This document shows, piece after piece, positions 38,401 through 52,003 of a stretch of 64,000 nt of DNA (the first letter of the stretch is position 1; every line of letters starts with the position of its first letter). Made by a program: the position numbers and the translations under genes. The DNA comes from Octopus bimaculoides (Eukaryota). The DNA lies in assembly GCF_001194135.2 (NCBI RefSeq), contig NC_068994.1, forward strand, positions 16,455,406 to 16,519,405, read 5' to 3'. A model generated the notes under the pieces. It did no database searches, was not told the DNA's origin, and saw nothing but the letters and a program-made list of their open reading frames with translations.

Positions 38401-39055
38401 TGTGGCACAGTTAAATCTATGTTCTCATACATACACACAAGGATTTTCAGTATTAACTATTTTCATATTTCCAACAATATTCACTTTATTTCTTGTGTAA
38501 GATGTATATCAGAATTAAATTATTTTGGTAAAAATGTCTATTTTGATATTTTAAAAAAAAAAAAACTTCATTTTTCCTTCTTTTCTTTCTCTATTTAATA
38601 TTTTCTTAAAATGTAAAAAGATTGTCTGAGAGGTTTCTCAAAGACAGACACCTAAAAATACAGTTACTTTTTTATAATTGATTAGTTTGTGTCTTTTTTG
38701 TTATATTTTATTTATTTGCTTTTTGTTTTGTTTCTTTTGTTTGGTTTTTTTTTTCAGGGTTCTGGAAAGGGTTGGAATCAATCAGTGGAAAGCCAGATTT
38801 GATGTTTTCCATCTACTTTTCAATTGTAACAGGCCTCAAGAGAGATTGAAAAATAGGCAGATAGATTGCTATACTTTAATATAATTAAAATGGTTTTTAG
38901 AAATTTTTAAACTTGTCTAGCACCATGGCAAAGAAGAATTATATAGATGCCAACTCTATTTTAACTTGATTAACCCACCTAAGACCACCTCTGATTCTAT
39001 GATACGAAATTCTTGTTTTAAAATTATCCAAATCAACTCTTTGAGTCCAATTCAC

Positions 39056-39460
39056 CAGGAGTGGCTGTGTAGTAAGTAGCTTGCTTACCAACCACATGGT
39101 TCTGGGTTCAATCCCACTGTGTGGCACCTTGGGCAAGTGTCTTCTACTATAACCTCGGGCCGACCAAAACCTTGTGAGTGGATTTGGTAGACAGAAACTG
39201 AAAGAAGCCCGTTGTCTATATGTATATATATGTATGTATGTGTGTGTGTGTATATATGTTTGTGTGTCTGTGTTTGTTCCCCCAACATCGCTTGACAACC
39301 GATGCTGTTGTGTTTACGTCCCCGTAACTTAGCAGTTCAGCAAAAAAGACCGATAGAATAAGTACTAGGCTTACAAAGAATAAGTCCTTGGGTCGATTTG
39401 CTCGACTAAAGGCAGTACTCCAACATGGCCGCAGTCAAATGACTGAAACAAGTAAAAGAG
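39056..39460 (+). mobile_element. Full-length family B SINE
   Basis: Nearly identical to the 11841-12237 copy, in the opposite orientation. Confidence 0.85.
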
Positions 39461-39499
39461 AGATCTGTGATACAATTTCCTTGTTTTGTTGTGATTTAA

Positions 39500-40030
39500 A
39501 TTAAAATCATCCATCAAAATATCATGTTCATTTATGTCCCAAACATCAGTTTAATAATGATAAATATATTTCACTCAATTCTTCATTATTTTCAAAATAA
39601 ATTTAGACTGATTTCAGCAAAAACATAACAAAAGAGTTGAAATCTTCCATTGAAATTTCATGTTAATTTATGTTCCAAACCAGTTTAATAATGACAGCTA
39701 TTTTGCTAAATTCTTTATTATTTTCAAAATAAATCAAAACGGTGTATTCTAACTGAAACATGATAACAAAAAGGTTAAAATAAAACATTCCATCAAAATT
39801 CCACTTTAATTTATATCCCAAGCATCAGCTTAGTAATAACAAATATATTTTACAAAATTCTTCATTATTTTTCAAAATAAATTGAAACTGTATTTCAGTA
39901 GAAACATGGTAACAAAAGGGTTAAAACCTTCCATTGAAACTTTGTGTTGATTTATGTTCCAAATACCAGCTTAATAATGACAAAGTTATTTTGTTAAAGT
40001 CTTCATTATCTTCAAAATTAATTAAAACAC
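39500..40030. repeat. About 4 x 135-145-bp degenerate tandem repeat derived from a MITE 3' end
   Basis: Recurring TTCCATCAAAA..TTTATGTTCCAAA..CAGCTTAATAATGAC..CATGGTAACAAAAGGGTTAA. A similar array at 32100-32347 runs into a gap. Confidence 0.7.
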
Positions 40031-40766
40031 AGCCAGTGATATTCAACAGAAATACTATAGTAGAAGGGCTAATGAAGAGAGGACTGTCAAAAATAGTCAC
40101 TAGCATTTGTGAGGTGGGTATTTATCAGTTTGAGAATCATTGCTTTAGGGTATCCAAAATATCGTTCCTCACAGTCAAACATTGAAATTTTGCCTGCCTT
40201 ACCTTTCAGCTCTTTATTTAGGTGAGTTTTGTTGTGCAGCTAAGTTCCCAGTGAAATGTGTCTATAACATAATGCCATAGCTGGAATCATCTCCTTTTTA
40301 CTGCTAATGGCATGAATGCCTACCGTTTGTCTCCTATCTATTCAAAAATGTTATTCTGTTAATACATAATTACTATTTCATTTCTATTCAAAAAAAGGAA
40401 AAATCAATTTGAATCAGCAAAATAGTCTGTATATGATCAATCAATCTACTAAAATAGCAACCAAATCTATCTTGAATCACATCCTACAGTCNNNNNNNNN
40501 NNNNNNNNNNNNNNNNNNNNNNNNNNNNNNNNNNNNNNNNNNNNNNNNNNNNNNNNNNNNNNNNNNNNNNNNNNNNNNNNNNNNNNNNNNNNNNNNNNNN
40601 NNNNNNNNNNNNNNNNNNNNNNNNNNNNNNNNNNNNNNNNNNNNNNNNNNNNNNNNNNNNNNNNNNNNNNNNNNNNNNNNNNNNNNNNNTTTTTCTTTTT
40701 TGTACAATCTTCATGTTAAATTCTGGAAACTGGAAGAAAAAGCTGACATAAGGTAGTAGTGCTTAA

Positions 40767-41043
40767 CCCATTACCTCCCATAATTCTATTAACTGGAATT
40801 TTTTTATGAAACTTTGATTTCTAGCATAAAACAGCCTTGGAAACACGCTGGAATGATCAAAATAACATTTTAAATAGAAATAAGCGAGATATTGGGTGAA
40901 AAATTAGCAAACTTCATTTGAATATCAGAGAAATATATCTAGTAGATATAGCAAAAAGGTTAGATATGTGTAAATATTGACAGATAATTACGAAATTTGT
41001 AATTTTTAAGTGATCTCATATGAGATCACTGGTAGGTAATGGG
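40767..41043. mobile_element. piggyBac-type MITE, third family
   Basis: TTAA flanks and TIR CCCATTACCTCCC/GGTAGGTAATGGG (12/13 match). Confidence 0.75.
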
Positions 41044-43641
41044 TTAATCGCTATAAGAGATCAATACTGTAAACACATTATTTTTGTATGCTATATCTAG
41101 AAGTAGAACTCTTGTAGATATGTTCAGAAACTGATTGTTAGAAGTCCCATGCATCACTTGATATTTAGCTTCCACATCATAATCTTGTGGGCTTTGTGTG
41201 CAGTGATATACCAAATGAAGACAGTGGGTTAGTGGCCAGTGGAAAAAAAGAAATACAATCAGCAACAAAATGAAGTTTTACTATCCTTTCATTTTATTGT
41301 TGGACATTTTATATACTAATATCAAAACAACACCTGTTTTAAGAACAAAAGAAAGGATCAACAATTTATGACCTAACGTCAGGTTATTATACTGGATGTT
41401 TAACCAGCAAACCTTATTTTATTATTTTCATTGATCCTCTGTGAAGAGTATCAGGTCTGTGAAAGCTAGTCCCTACTGGTTGGGGGTGTTGCACCCATTG
41501 ATGTCAGATCATGGTTTCGATTCTGAGACCAGGTAGCACATTGTGTTCTTGAGCAAAACACTTCATTTCACGTTGCTCCAGTCCACTCGCCTGTGAATGA
41601 GTTCCAACAATAAATGGAAACTTAACCCTGCAATGGACCAGCATCTCAATCAAACTGCGGTGGGGGAGTGTTGTAATCTCAGTTACTTATGTTCCATGGG
41701 AGCCAAGTTAAGTGCCAAACTTGTGAGTTGTAGGACTCCTGACAGAATTTAGTCTGAGTAAGGGGTTACCAAACCAAGCCTTTGTTTGATCTCAGTATCT
41801 TCTATTTGTAGACCCCTGAATATTGATTTTAATATCAGTTTGAGAATCACTGCTTTAGGAGTATCCAAAATATGGTTCCTCACAGTCAAACATTGAAATT
41901 TTACCTGCATTACCTTTCAGCTCTTCATTTAGGTGGATTTTGTTGTACAGATAAGTTCCCAGTGAACCGTCTGTATCATAGTTATAGTTCCACAACTAGA
42001 ATCATCTTTTTAGTACTAATGGCATGAATGTCCGTCCTTTGTCTCCTATCTATTCAAAAATGCTATTTTGCTAATATGAAATTACTATTTTGTCTCTATT
42101 CAGAAGAAGAAATATATAGTATGAAGTCATCTTATATATGACATGTTCATATTGAATCAAGCTTAACTGTTGTCAGATGCCCTTCTTGTGGTTAGCTGCT
42201 GAATATAGTCATTGATTTGATGTTGTCTTACAAAACTCTGAGAATCTACTTACAGCTTTTTTACTCTTTACATTCAGTATTTAGGAGTAGGGACAGCACT
42301 TTTTTTTTTCACTTTGCATTTTATGGCATTATTTATTTTCTTTTTTATTCATCTTCAAATGCTGTCCAAGCTGAATTAACCAAGCTAAGTCTTATCTGTG
42401 CTTCCATCAGTGGCTCATTGTATAAACAAAAGTATTTAAAGCTATTTCTTCCTGCCTTCAGCCATTGGTCATGATGTTAAAATAAGCTGTCTCCCTCCTT
42501 TTGCTTGAAGCAGATTTTTAAGACATTTGAAAATAAACACCAATTTTATAAATTTTCAACAATACATACAGAATAAATATCATTTAACCCTTTGCCTGTA
42601 CAAAGAATTTTCATAAATTTGTCCTAAATGTTCATGCTTGTTTTCAGACTTTGAGTTATCCCTTGTTTCATACATTTTGAGTGATATAAAACTCTCCATT
42701 CATAAGTCCCAGGTTATTCTGGTGGTTAAAAAAAATTTGCAAATATGTATTATATATGATGCAATGGATATCAGGGAAATATGTGCTGTGTATTACATAT
42801 AATACACAGGACAGGCAATTGGTTAAGATGCTGCTGTCAAAATAATTTTGTTTGCTATATTATTTTAATAAAATAAAAAGAGGAGGATGCAATTCAACAC
42901 ATATGAATGATGGGCTTCCATGGTTAACTTTTTGATTATTAATAACACTTATTTTTCCTTTCCTGGTTTCAATGAATTGGATTGTGGCTATGTTGAGGCA
43001 TTGTTTTCAAATGTTTAGTCAATCTGTCAAGCTGTGAGTTTATGGGACATATCTAAGGAGGCAATATAACCAACACAGGGATTTTTTTTAGACTGGAGAA
43101 AGCATAAACACACACACATATACACACATAATCCTTTCTACTAAAGGCACAAGGCCTGAAACTGGGGGGGAGGGGGGTTAGTCAATTATATTGACCCCAG
43201 TGTTCAACTGGTACTTATTCTATTGACCCTGAAAGGATGAAAGGCAAAGTCAGCCTCTTCAGCATTTGAACTCAGAACATAAAGACAAGTGAAATGCCGC
43301 TAAGAATTTTGCCCAGTGTGCTAACAATTCTGCCAGCTCACCACTTTTATATATACGTCCCATATAATAATAATAATTTGTGGATGGAAATTAATAGATT
43401 TTATTAATATATCAACATATATTTCTGTACCTCACACATTCATTAGGTAATAATTTTTCACATTCATAAGATATGATTATTCTTGATATTTATGAATATG
43501 AAATTTTTTCTCATCTCCATTTCAATGTGGGTGCTTCTTCAGGTGTTGCATTTTTGTTTCTGCCAGCAAGATTTACTGACCTAAAGGATATCCACTATTT
43601 TACACCAGTCAAATCATTCTATTCAATTGTTGGGCATTTTT

Positions 43642-43672
<31 letters not shown>

Positions 43673-43676
43673 CAGT

Positions 43677-44010
43677 GAAGGTGCATGGCTCAGTGGTTAG
43701 AGCATCAAGCTTACGATCGTGAGGTTGTGAGTTTGAATCCCGGACCGGGCTACATGTTGTGTTCTTGAGCAAGACACTTTATTTCACGTCGCTCCAGTTC
43801 ACTCAGCTGTAGAAATGGGTTGTGACGTCATAGGTGTCAAGCTGCATCGGCCTTTGCCTTTCCCTTGGATAACACTGGTGGTGTGGAGAGGGGAGGCTGG
43901 TATGCATGGGCGACTGCTGGTCTTCCATAAACAACCTTGCCCGGACTTGTGCCTGGGAGGGTAACTTTCTAGGTGCAATCCCATGGTCAGTCATGACCGA
44001 AGGGGATCTC
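43677..44010 (+). mobile_element. tRNA-headed SINE related to family C with a different tail; relatives at about 11230, 15385, 23036, 27745, 41500 and 46466
   Basis: GAAGGTGCATGGCTCAGTGGTTAGAGC head, B-box-like GAGTTTGAATCCC, TTCTTGAGCAAGACACTT body. Confidence 0.7.
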
Positions 44011-44326
44011 AGCATATATACACACACACACACACATGCACATAATGAGTTTTTCCAGTTGCCTTCTACTAAATCCCACTCACAAGATATTGGCCAACAT
44101 AAGGCTACAGATTAAGACACTTGGGATACTTTTCAGTGGAAATAAACTGGTAACCACAAGGCTGCTAGCCAACTTTCTGAACTACCCACCCATGTCAACT
44201 CCTGTCTGTAAGTTTCTCATGACAAATAACAGTGAATTTTGTCTTCTTCAAATTGTAAACTCAGTCAGTCATGGCAAAACTACTGCTCCACAAGACTCTG
44301 AATGACATGCCAGTGTAGAATTTTGT

Positions 44327-44361
<35 letters not shown>

Positions 44362-45968
44362 ATGGGGTAAAATTCTGTCCCACTTAATGATGAGCTGTGT
44401 CTCATGTGGCCCACTTCTTGAAAAAGGTTACCCATTCCTGCTGTAAATCATCAAACGGCTCATCAATTTCTACATGGCTTGGCATTTGGCTGAAATGTAC
44501 TCTCCCTCCTACATAGCTGATGGGTTAAGAACTTTGCTTTGCAATCATAAAATCATAGGTTCAATCCCACTATGTATTATCTTGGGTAAAGTGTCTTTAC
44601 CAAAGCCTAGGGTCAACCTATGCTTTATTAGTGAAATTGGGTAGACAGAAACTGTCTGGAAGCCTGACAAGTTGATTTGAAATTTGTAATTCAAAAGTCC
44701 ATCCTTGTCAGGAATTGTCAAGCTGATTCAGCTTGAGAGTTACATTAAACCAGCCATATCAGGCCCAAATATTCTACTTATTTTATGTTCAAACTGACCG
44801 GATCCAGCCTCTCACACCTACCCCACAATGTCATTCTAAAAAAAATAAACAATCATATCATTGAAGTCTTGAAGCTACAAGATATCTTTTACCCTTTACT
44901 TGTTTCAATCATTAGATTGCAGCCATGCAGGAGGACTACTTTGAAGAATTTTTAGTTGAATGGATCAACTCCAGTATTCATTTTTTAAGCCTGGTACTTA
45001 TTCTATTAGTCTCTTGCTGAACTGCTAACTAAACACACCATCATTAATTGTCAAGCAGTGGGGGTGGGGGAACAAACGAAGACACACTCATATATACATA
45101 TACATATATATATATATATATATGACAGGCTTCTTTCAGTTTCCATCTGCCAAATCCACTCACAAGGTTTGGGTTTGTTCGAGGCTAGAGCAGAGGACAC
45201 TTGCCCAAGGTGCCACACAGTGGGACTGAACCTAGATCTTAGTGGATGGGAGGCAAGCTTCTAACCACACAGCCACATGATTAATTCAAAACAACATGGA
45301 TAAGCATTACATTTGACAGAGTGATCTGAATGCTGTGGAATACACAGCCACTTTCAGATTAAGGAGTCAAATGTTCTGTTGATCAGACACCTGAATGCTC
45401 ATTGCCGAAATTGATAAAGGATTCATCATTCTCTTGGCTCCCTACCTCCCCTACCTCTTTCTTTCTCTCTTTTATAATCTTTCTGTCATGACCCCCTCAC
45501 CCTACCTTTGTCACTGCACTCCCTCACCTGTACTACTGACAGTTATTTGGGTCAAAGAATGAAGTCTTATTTTTTCAGTGCTTTTACCCGTTGGCAAAGT
45601 GCAACACTACTGAAACAAAACATGAATTTACAGGTTCCCCAATCCCTCCACAGTTATGGTATGATGTAATACCATGGTGCGTTGTATATTATGAATTTAG
45701 CTTTCTCAATTGATTATTGTAATAAATGATTTTTTTATGCCAATCAATGTATAGCATGTATAACTCAAGTAGTTGGTCTCTCGATAATACTTTTATATTT
45801 ACAAGTGTGTATGTGAGTGTGTGTGTGTGTGTGTGTGTATAGGTGCAGGCATAGCTATGTGGTAAGAGGTTTGCTTCCCAACCACATGGTTCTGGGTTCG
45901 GTCCCACTACCTGACACTTTTGGTAAAGCCTTGTGAGTGAATTCAGTAGGTGGAAGCTGAAAGAAGCC

Positions 45969-46466
45969 TGTATGTATGCACGTATGTATGCATGTATGTA
46001 TGTATGTATGCATGTATGTATGTATGTATGTATGTATGTATGTATGTATGCATGTATGTATGCATGTATGTATGTATGCATGTATGTATGCATGTATGTA
46101 TGCATGTATGTATGTATGTATGTATGTATGCATGTATGTATGCATGCATGTATGTATGCATATATGTATGTATGCATGTATATATGTATGCATGTCTGCA
46201 TGTATGTATGTATGCATGTATGTATGCATGCATGTATGTATGCATGTATGTATGCATGTATGTATGCATGCGTGTATGTATGTATGCATGCATCTATGTA
46301 TACATGTATGCATGCATGTATGCATGCATGTATGCATGCATGTATGTATGCATGCATGCGTGTATGTATGCATGCGTGTATGTGTGCATGTATTATTTAT
46401 GTATGTATGCATGGATGTATGTATGTATGCATGTATTATATATGCATGTATGCGTGTATGTATGTG
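45969..46466. repeat. About 500-bp compound (TATG)n/(CATG) tetranucleotide array
   Basis: Seen directly. It occupies the internal microsatellite position of a family B SINE. Confidence 0.95.
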
Positions 46467-46898
46467 TGAAGGTGCATGGCTTAGTAGTTCAGGTATTCAG
46501 TTCATGATTGCAAAGTCATGAGTTCAGTTCCCAGCAGTGCATTGTGTCCTTGAGCAAGAAGCTTTATTCCCCATTGCTCCTATCCACTCCACTGGCAGAA
46601 ATGAGTTGTACCTGTATTTCAAAGGGCCAGCTTTGTCACATTCTGTGTCGTGCTGAATCTCCCTGAGAACTATATTGAGGTATGTGTGTCTGTGGAGTGC
46701 TCAGCCACTTGCATGTTAATTTCACGAAGAGGCTGTTCTGTAGATCAAATCAACTGGAACCCTTGTTGTTGTAGCCAATGGGGAGACCAGTTTCTTCTTT
46801 TTTTTTTGCTAGTATATGTATATAGATAGATGAGAAATGAGGAGATGATTTGATATGTATGGGAGAGAGAATTTGTCCAACAGCATATGGAGGCCAGT

Positions 46899-47247
46899 TG
46901 AAATAAGAAAGGCTATACAATCCCTCAAGAATGGGAAAGCGGGAAGTGTAGACTATATTCCAGCTGAAGCAATGAAATCAGCTATAGAAATAGTGGTAGA
47001 AATGTTTCATCCATTATTTTCTAAGATATAGCAGGAAGAAAATGCGCCTAATGATTGGAAAGAGGGACTCATTGTAAAATTGCCAAAAAACGGTGATTTA
47101 AGCGTTTGCAGAAATTATAGAGGGATTATGTTATTATCGACTCCCGGAAAAGTTTTTAACAGGATACTTTTGGAGTGGATGAGGACAGCAGTCGACAAAT
47201 TGTTGCGTAAAGAACAAGCCGGATTTAGGAAGAACCGTTCATGTGTA
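46899..47247 (+). mobile_element. RTE-clade LINE reverse transcriptase fragment
   Basis: EIRKAIQSLKNGKAG..WKEGLIVKLPKNGDLSVCRNYRGIMLLSTPGKVFNRILL..LRKEQAGFRKNRSC, with one in-frame stop. Confidence 0.9.
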
Positions 47248-48429
47248 GGTGGATATACTAGGTGATAAAAATGGCTGGGAGACATACTGTTAGCAGCTAT
47301 GAGAGGAAATTCAGAAGAAAGGGGCATTCAGTGGAAAATAAGCAGCAATGAATGATGTCAAGAGTGTCTGATGGGTGACAAGGGAAGTGGTTCCATGGAG
47401 AGGGTCAACTAGTAGCACAAAAGGGGCATGGAGTAAGAGCAATTCTGCTGTCATATAATTACAGCAACTGAAGAAATAGTGCCAAAGCTAGAGAGATGAA
47501 GGAGAAATTGATGTTATGAAGACAGGTTGTGTGGAAAGCTTTACCTCATTTTTGCTGAGATAAGTCTTCTCAAGCACAGTGAATCACCAGTCATCTCTGT
47601 CTTCTGTCAACTCTTCCTTGAAAAATCAACATCTTGAAGTTAGTCCCACATCTCATATGTCTCCCTCTTCCACGAGTTCCAAGCACATTTATCAGCTGGT
47701 ACTTCTCAACCATACACATCACATGACCATACCAGCATGCTGCCTTTGATGCCACTTACACTCAATTTTTCTCTTCATACATTTGCATTTTGTCACACAT
47801 CCATGATGACATTGCACATTATACAAGCTTCATCCCTTTCTAGTCTTCTCATCACCTCTGCATTCATAGTTTGCATTTCACAACCATGTAACATTGCTTT
47901 CATACACAAGCATCATACAATCTTCCGTTCACTATGAGAGAAAGGCCTTTTGTTACAAACAAAGGTAATAGCTACCTGAATTTTCTTCAGTCGGTTTTTG
48001 TTCTAGTGACAATGCTTTCACAGCAACCTTCTTCACTACTAATTAGGTCACCTACAAAGCAGAAACCATCTAATACTAGCTGGCAGAAACGTTAGCACGC
48101 CAGGTGAAACGCTTAGCGGTATTTCATCTGCCGCTACATTCTAAGTTCAAATTTTGCCGAGGTCGACTTTGCCTTTCATCCTTTCGGGGTCGATTAAATA
48201 AGTACCAGTTAAGCACTGGGTCGATATAATCAACTTTATCTGTTTGTCTGTCCTTGTGTGTCCCCTCTGTGTGTAGCCCCTTGTGGGCAATAAAGAAATA
48301 AGAAACCATCTAATACCACAGAAGGATCTTCCTGGGCATTTGAGGAAATCTATTTGTTTTATGTTTTCTCCATGTTTATTGCTCCTGCACAAGAGCAATA
48401 TAATACAAATACGCACTCACCCAAGCATG

Positions 48430-48460
<31 letters not shown>

Positions 48461-49099
48461 GAAAAATAACAAGTGTTGAAAATGCATTAAATTTTCATAC
48501 CATACTTATTTGAATAAAACAAGTTTTTATTTTTTAACGTAGGAGGTAAATAGTTGTATATATGACAGTAAAAATAAAAAATATGTTTTCATATAAGAAA
48601 AGTTTTCACATAATAGTTTTACTGTAAAAATATGTGTACGTTCTGAGTCAGTGAGCTGGCAGAAAAGGCTGTGAGCTGGCAAAAATGTTAGCATACCGGG
48701 AAAAATGCTTAGCAGTATTTCATCTTTAAGTTCTGAGTTCAAATTCCACCGAGGCTGACTTTGCCTTTTATGCTTTCGGGGTTGATAAATTAAGTACCAG
48801 TTGTGTACTGGAGTCGATCTAATCAATTGGCCCCCTCTCCAAAAATGTTGGGCCTTGTGCCTAGAGTAGAAACGAATATGTATATTTTCTCATGAGGTGA
48901 ATTTTACTCACACTTGGCAAAAAGAAAAAGGTGAAAAAAAATCACATATTTCTTGGATGATTCTCGTATACAGAAAAGGTTTTTGGAGGAAAAAGTGTTA
49001 CTGAACAAATTTTAGTACATGTTATAGCCTAAAGGAGTTTTACAATGGAAAAAATATCATATTTTACTGACAGAGCCAAATTCTGTGGTTGTTCAACTT

Positions 49100-50172
49100 A
49101 TTAAAATTCAACAGGTTATGGATGCAATGTTGGTGTACTGTCAATTTGCAATTCCATATCTCAAAGATGTAATAGTTAAAAGTGAATCTCATGATCAGCA
49201 TATTGAGCATGTGAAGTGTGTTTTTAAAAAAATAAGAGATTACGGTTTCACACTCAGTGAGGAGAAATGTGAATTCTTTTTACCTAAAATTAAATATTTA
49301 GGACAAATTATAGATAAGAATGGAAAATGACTTGACCCATCGTGGGCAGAGGCAATTAAAAATGTGTCTCCTCCAACTAACATAGTGACATCACAAGATT
49401 TTGTTGGCCTAGTAAACTATTATCAAAATTACATACCAAATATGTATGAATTGAGAGCGCCACTTAATAATTTGTGGAAGAAAGACTCCAAATGGAATTG
49501 GTCAAATAACTGTCAAGAGGTATTTCAGGATATTAAAAAAAAATATTAATTTCAGATTTGTCGCTGACTCATTTCAATCCTGCAGCAGAGATTGTTGTAG
49601 TTTCTGACATTTCTGAATACAGTGTAGGAGCAGTTTTGCTACACAAATTAAAGACGGTAATATGAAGGTGGTGGTTCATGCCTCATGTGTTCTGATTGCA
49701 GCAGAAAAAAACTACAGTCAGATAGAGAAAAAAGCTCTAGCAGTTATTTTTCCCATGAAGAAATTTCACAGATTTCTCAATGATAGAAGTTTTCTGCTTC
49801 AGATGGACCACCAACTGTAACTATCAATTCTTGGATCGAAGAAAGGAATTCCTACCCATACAGCTAACAGATTACAATGTCGGAGTACAATATTGCTAAA
49901 TTACAACTTTAAGATGGAATACATTCCTTCTAAGAAAATTGGCCATGCGGATTGTTTATCTAGGCTAATTCCAAAGAATGTGGAACCCCTGGAAGATACA
50001 GTGATAGCTGCATTACAATCAGAAAACAAAATTAAAAACATTATGTGTAATGTCATTCAGGAGTTGCCAGTGACTGTACAAGATATGAAAAATCAATCAG
50101 CAGAGGAGAAATACATCATAAAAATGAAAGAAACCATGAAAAATAAACAAAAGAGAAACATGAATGTTTCCT
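49100..50172 (+). mobile_element. Ty3/Gypsy pol pseudogene (RT C-terminal half and RNase H)
   Basis: YLKD replaces YxDD. Also EKCEFF..IKYLG, FVGLVNYY..YIPN, SD.SEYSVGAVL, EKNYSQIEKKAL and HADCLSRL. Stops and frameshifts throughout. Confidence 0.92.
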
Positions 50173-50530
50173 AATGCCAACCGCTTTACAGAGTGCTGGC
50201 TGATTTTTATGTGCCACCAGCAAGGGTGCTTTTACACAGCACTGGCACAAGTCCACATTTTATGTGACACCAGCACCTGTAAAGCACAATCCTGTATGTA
50301 TGGATGCCAGTAATTTTACTTAGCTTGATATGTCTTCTCAAGCACAGCAAATCGCCACAACTCCCCGTCTCCTGTCATTTCACCAACAGTACACCTGTTG
50401 CTCCCCACCTCCATTTCTTTTTTTTTTGTTTTTCTTTTAAACTTATTCACTATTCACTTCTATGTTCTGTTCATGCAGTTTTAGTTACTTTTTCTGATGA
50501 GTTGTAGTGCACCTCAGCACTCTTTTTTTT

Positions 50531-50914
50531 TTACTTGTTTCAGTCATTTAACTGTGGCCATGCTAGAGCACCACCTTTAGTCGAGCAAATCGACCCCAGG
50601 ACTTATTCTTTGTAAGCCTAGTACTTATTCTATCGGTCTTTTTTGCCGAACTGCTAAGCTATGGGGACGTAAACACACCAGCATCGGTTGTCAAGCGATG
50701 TTGGGGAGACAAACACAGACAAACATATATATATATATATACATATATATACGTTGGGCTTCTTTCAGTTTCCGTCTGCCAAATCCACTCACAAGGCTTT
50801 GGTCGGCCCGAGGCTATAGGAGAAGACACTTGCCCAAGGTGCCACGCAGTGGGACTGAACCTGGAACCATGTGGTTGGTAAGCAAGCTACTTACCACACA
50901 GCCACTCCACCGCC
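50531..50914 (-). mobile_element. Full-length family B SINE
   Basis: Same consensus. More copies lie at about 8440, 8660, 23620, 29490, 30310, 31017, 34810, 44890, 45055 and 60450. Confidence 0.85.
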
Positions 50915-51488
50915 TATAAAAGCCTGAAATTTTTGAGGACGGGGCCAGTCGATTAGATCGACTCCAGTACGCAACTGGTACTTAATTTATCAACCCCGAA
51001 AGAATGAAAGGCAAAGTCGACCTGGGTGGAATTTGAACTCAGTGACAGATGAAATATCATTAAACGTTTCGCCCGGCATGCTAACGATTCTGCCAGCTCA
51101 TTATTATTATATAATTAATGTGGAAGTTGTCAAAAGTTGGAGGTTTATATCTTGTACTAATACTTCACAAATCCCACAAACACTGCAACAGTAGTCTATT
51201 GTTTTTTATTTTTTATATTTTTTTTTTACTAATTCCTATCCATATCGATTTTTTTAAAACTAGACACAATGGCAGTAGCATTATGGTCAATTAAATGAAC
51301 TCCACTGAATCTGACATTCATTTTATTGATCTAGGGATATAAACGTAGATCCTAGAGAATCGAAATTAAATACAGCAAGGTAATTAATATGACACTGTAC
51401 TATTTCTGCTAATTCGCTATCCTCGTTTCAGTTAGATGTAGATTTTAAATGGAAGTGTATTGATTTCTCCCTAAAATTAGATATCCTG

Positions 51489-51607
51489 TGGTGCAGGAGT
51501 GGGTGTGACGCAGGAGTGGCTGCGGCACAGGAGTGGCTGAGGCGCAGGAGTGGGTGTGGCACAGGAGTGGCTGTGGTGCAGGAGTGGCTGTGGTGCAGGA
51601 GTGGCTG
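51489..51607 (+). repeat. 7 x 17-bp minisatellite (TGGTGCAGGAGTGGCTG)
   Basis: Seen directly. The unit equals the 5' end of the SINE that follows. Confidence 0.9.
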
Positions 51608-52003
51608 TGTGCTAAGTAGCTTGCTTACCAACCACATGGTTCCGCGGTCAGTCCCATTGCATGGCACCTTGGGCAAGTGTCTACTACTATAGCCTCAGAC
51701 TGACCAAAGCCCTGTGAGTATATTTGGTAGATGGAAACTGAAAGAAGCCCGTCGTATGTATATGTGTGTGTGTGTGAGTGTGTATGTGTGTGAGTGTGTA
51801 TTCCCCCCACCCCACCCCGAACATCACTTAACAACTGATGTGGATGTGCTTACATCCTCGTAACTGAGTGCTTCAGCAAAAGAGACCAATACAATAAGTA
51901 CTGGGCTTACAAAGAATAAGTCCTAGGGTTGATTTGCTCGACTAAAGGTGGTGCTCCAGCATGGCTGCAGTCAAATGACTGAAACAAGTAAAAGAATAAA
52001 AGA
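51593..52003 (+). mobile_element. Full-length family B SINE preceded by a tandemly iterated 5' end
   Basis: Same consensus. See the 17-bp repeat at 51489-51607. Confidence 0.85.

Noticed and set aside
41044-41268. 74-aa minus-strand ORF with a hydrophobic, signal-like start
   Set aside because: Non-ATG start within a T-rich tract, runs into a MITE, and has no supporting motif.
45689-46521. Six overlapping 116-222-aa ORFs rich in M/Y/V/C/H
   Set aside because: Translations of the stop-free TATG/CATG repeat, not protein-like.
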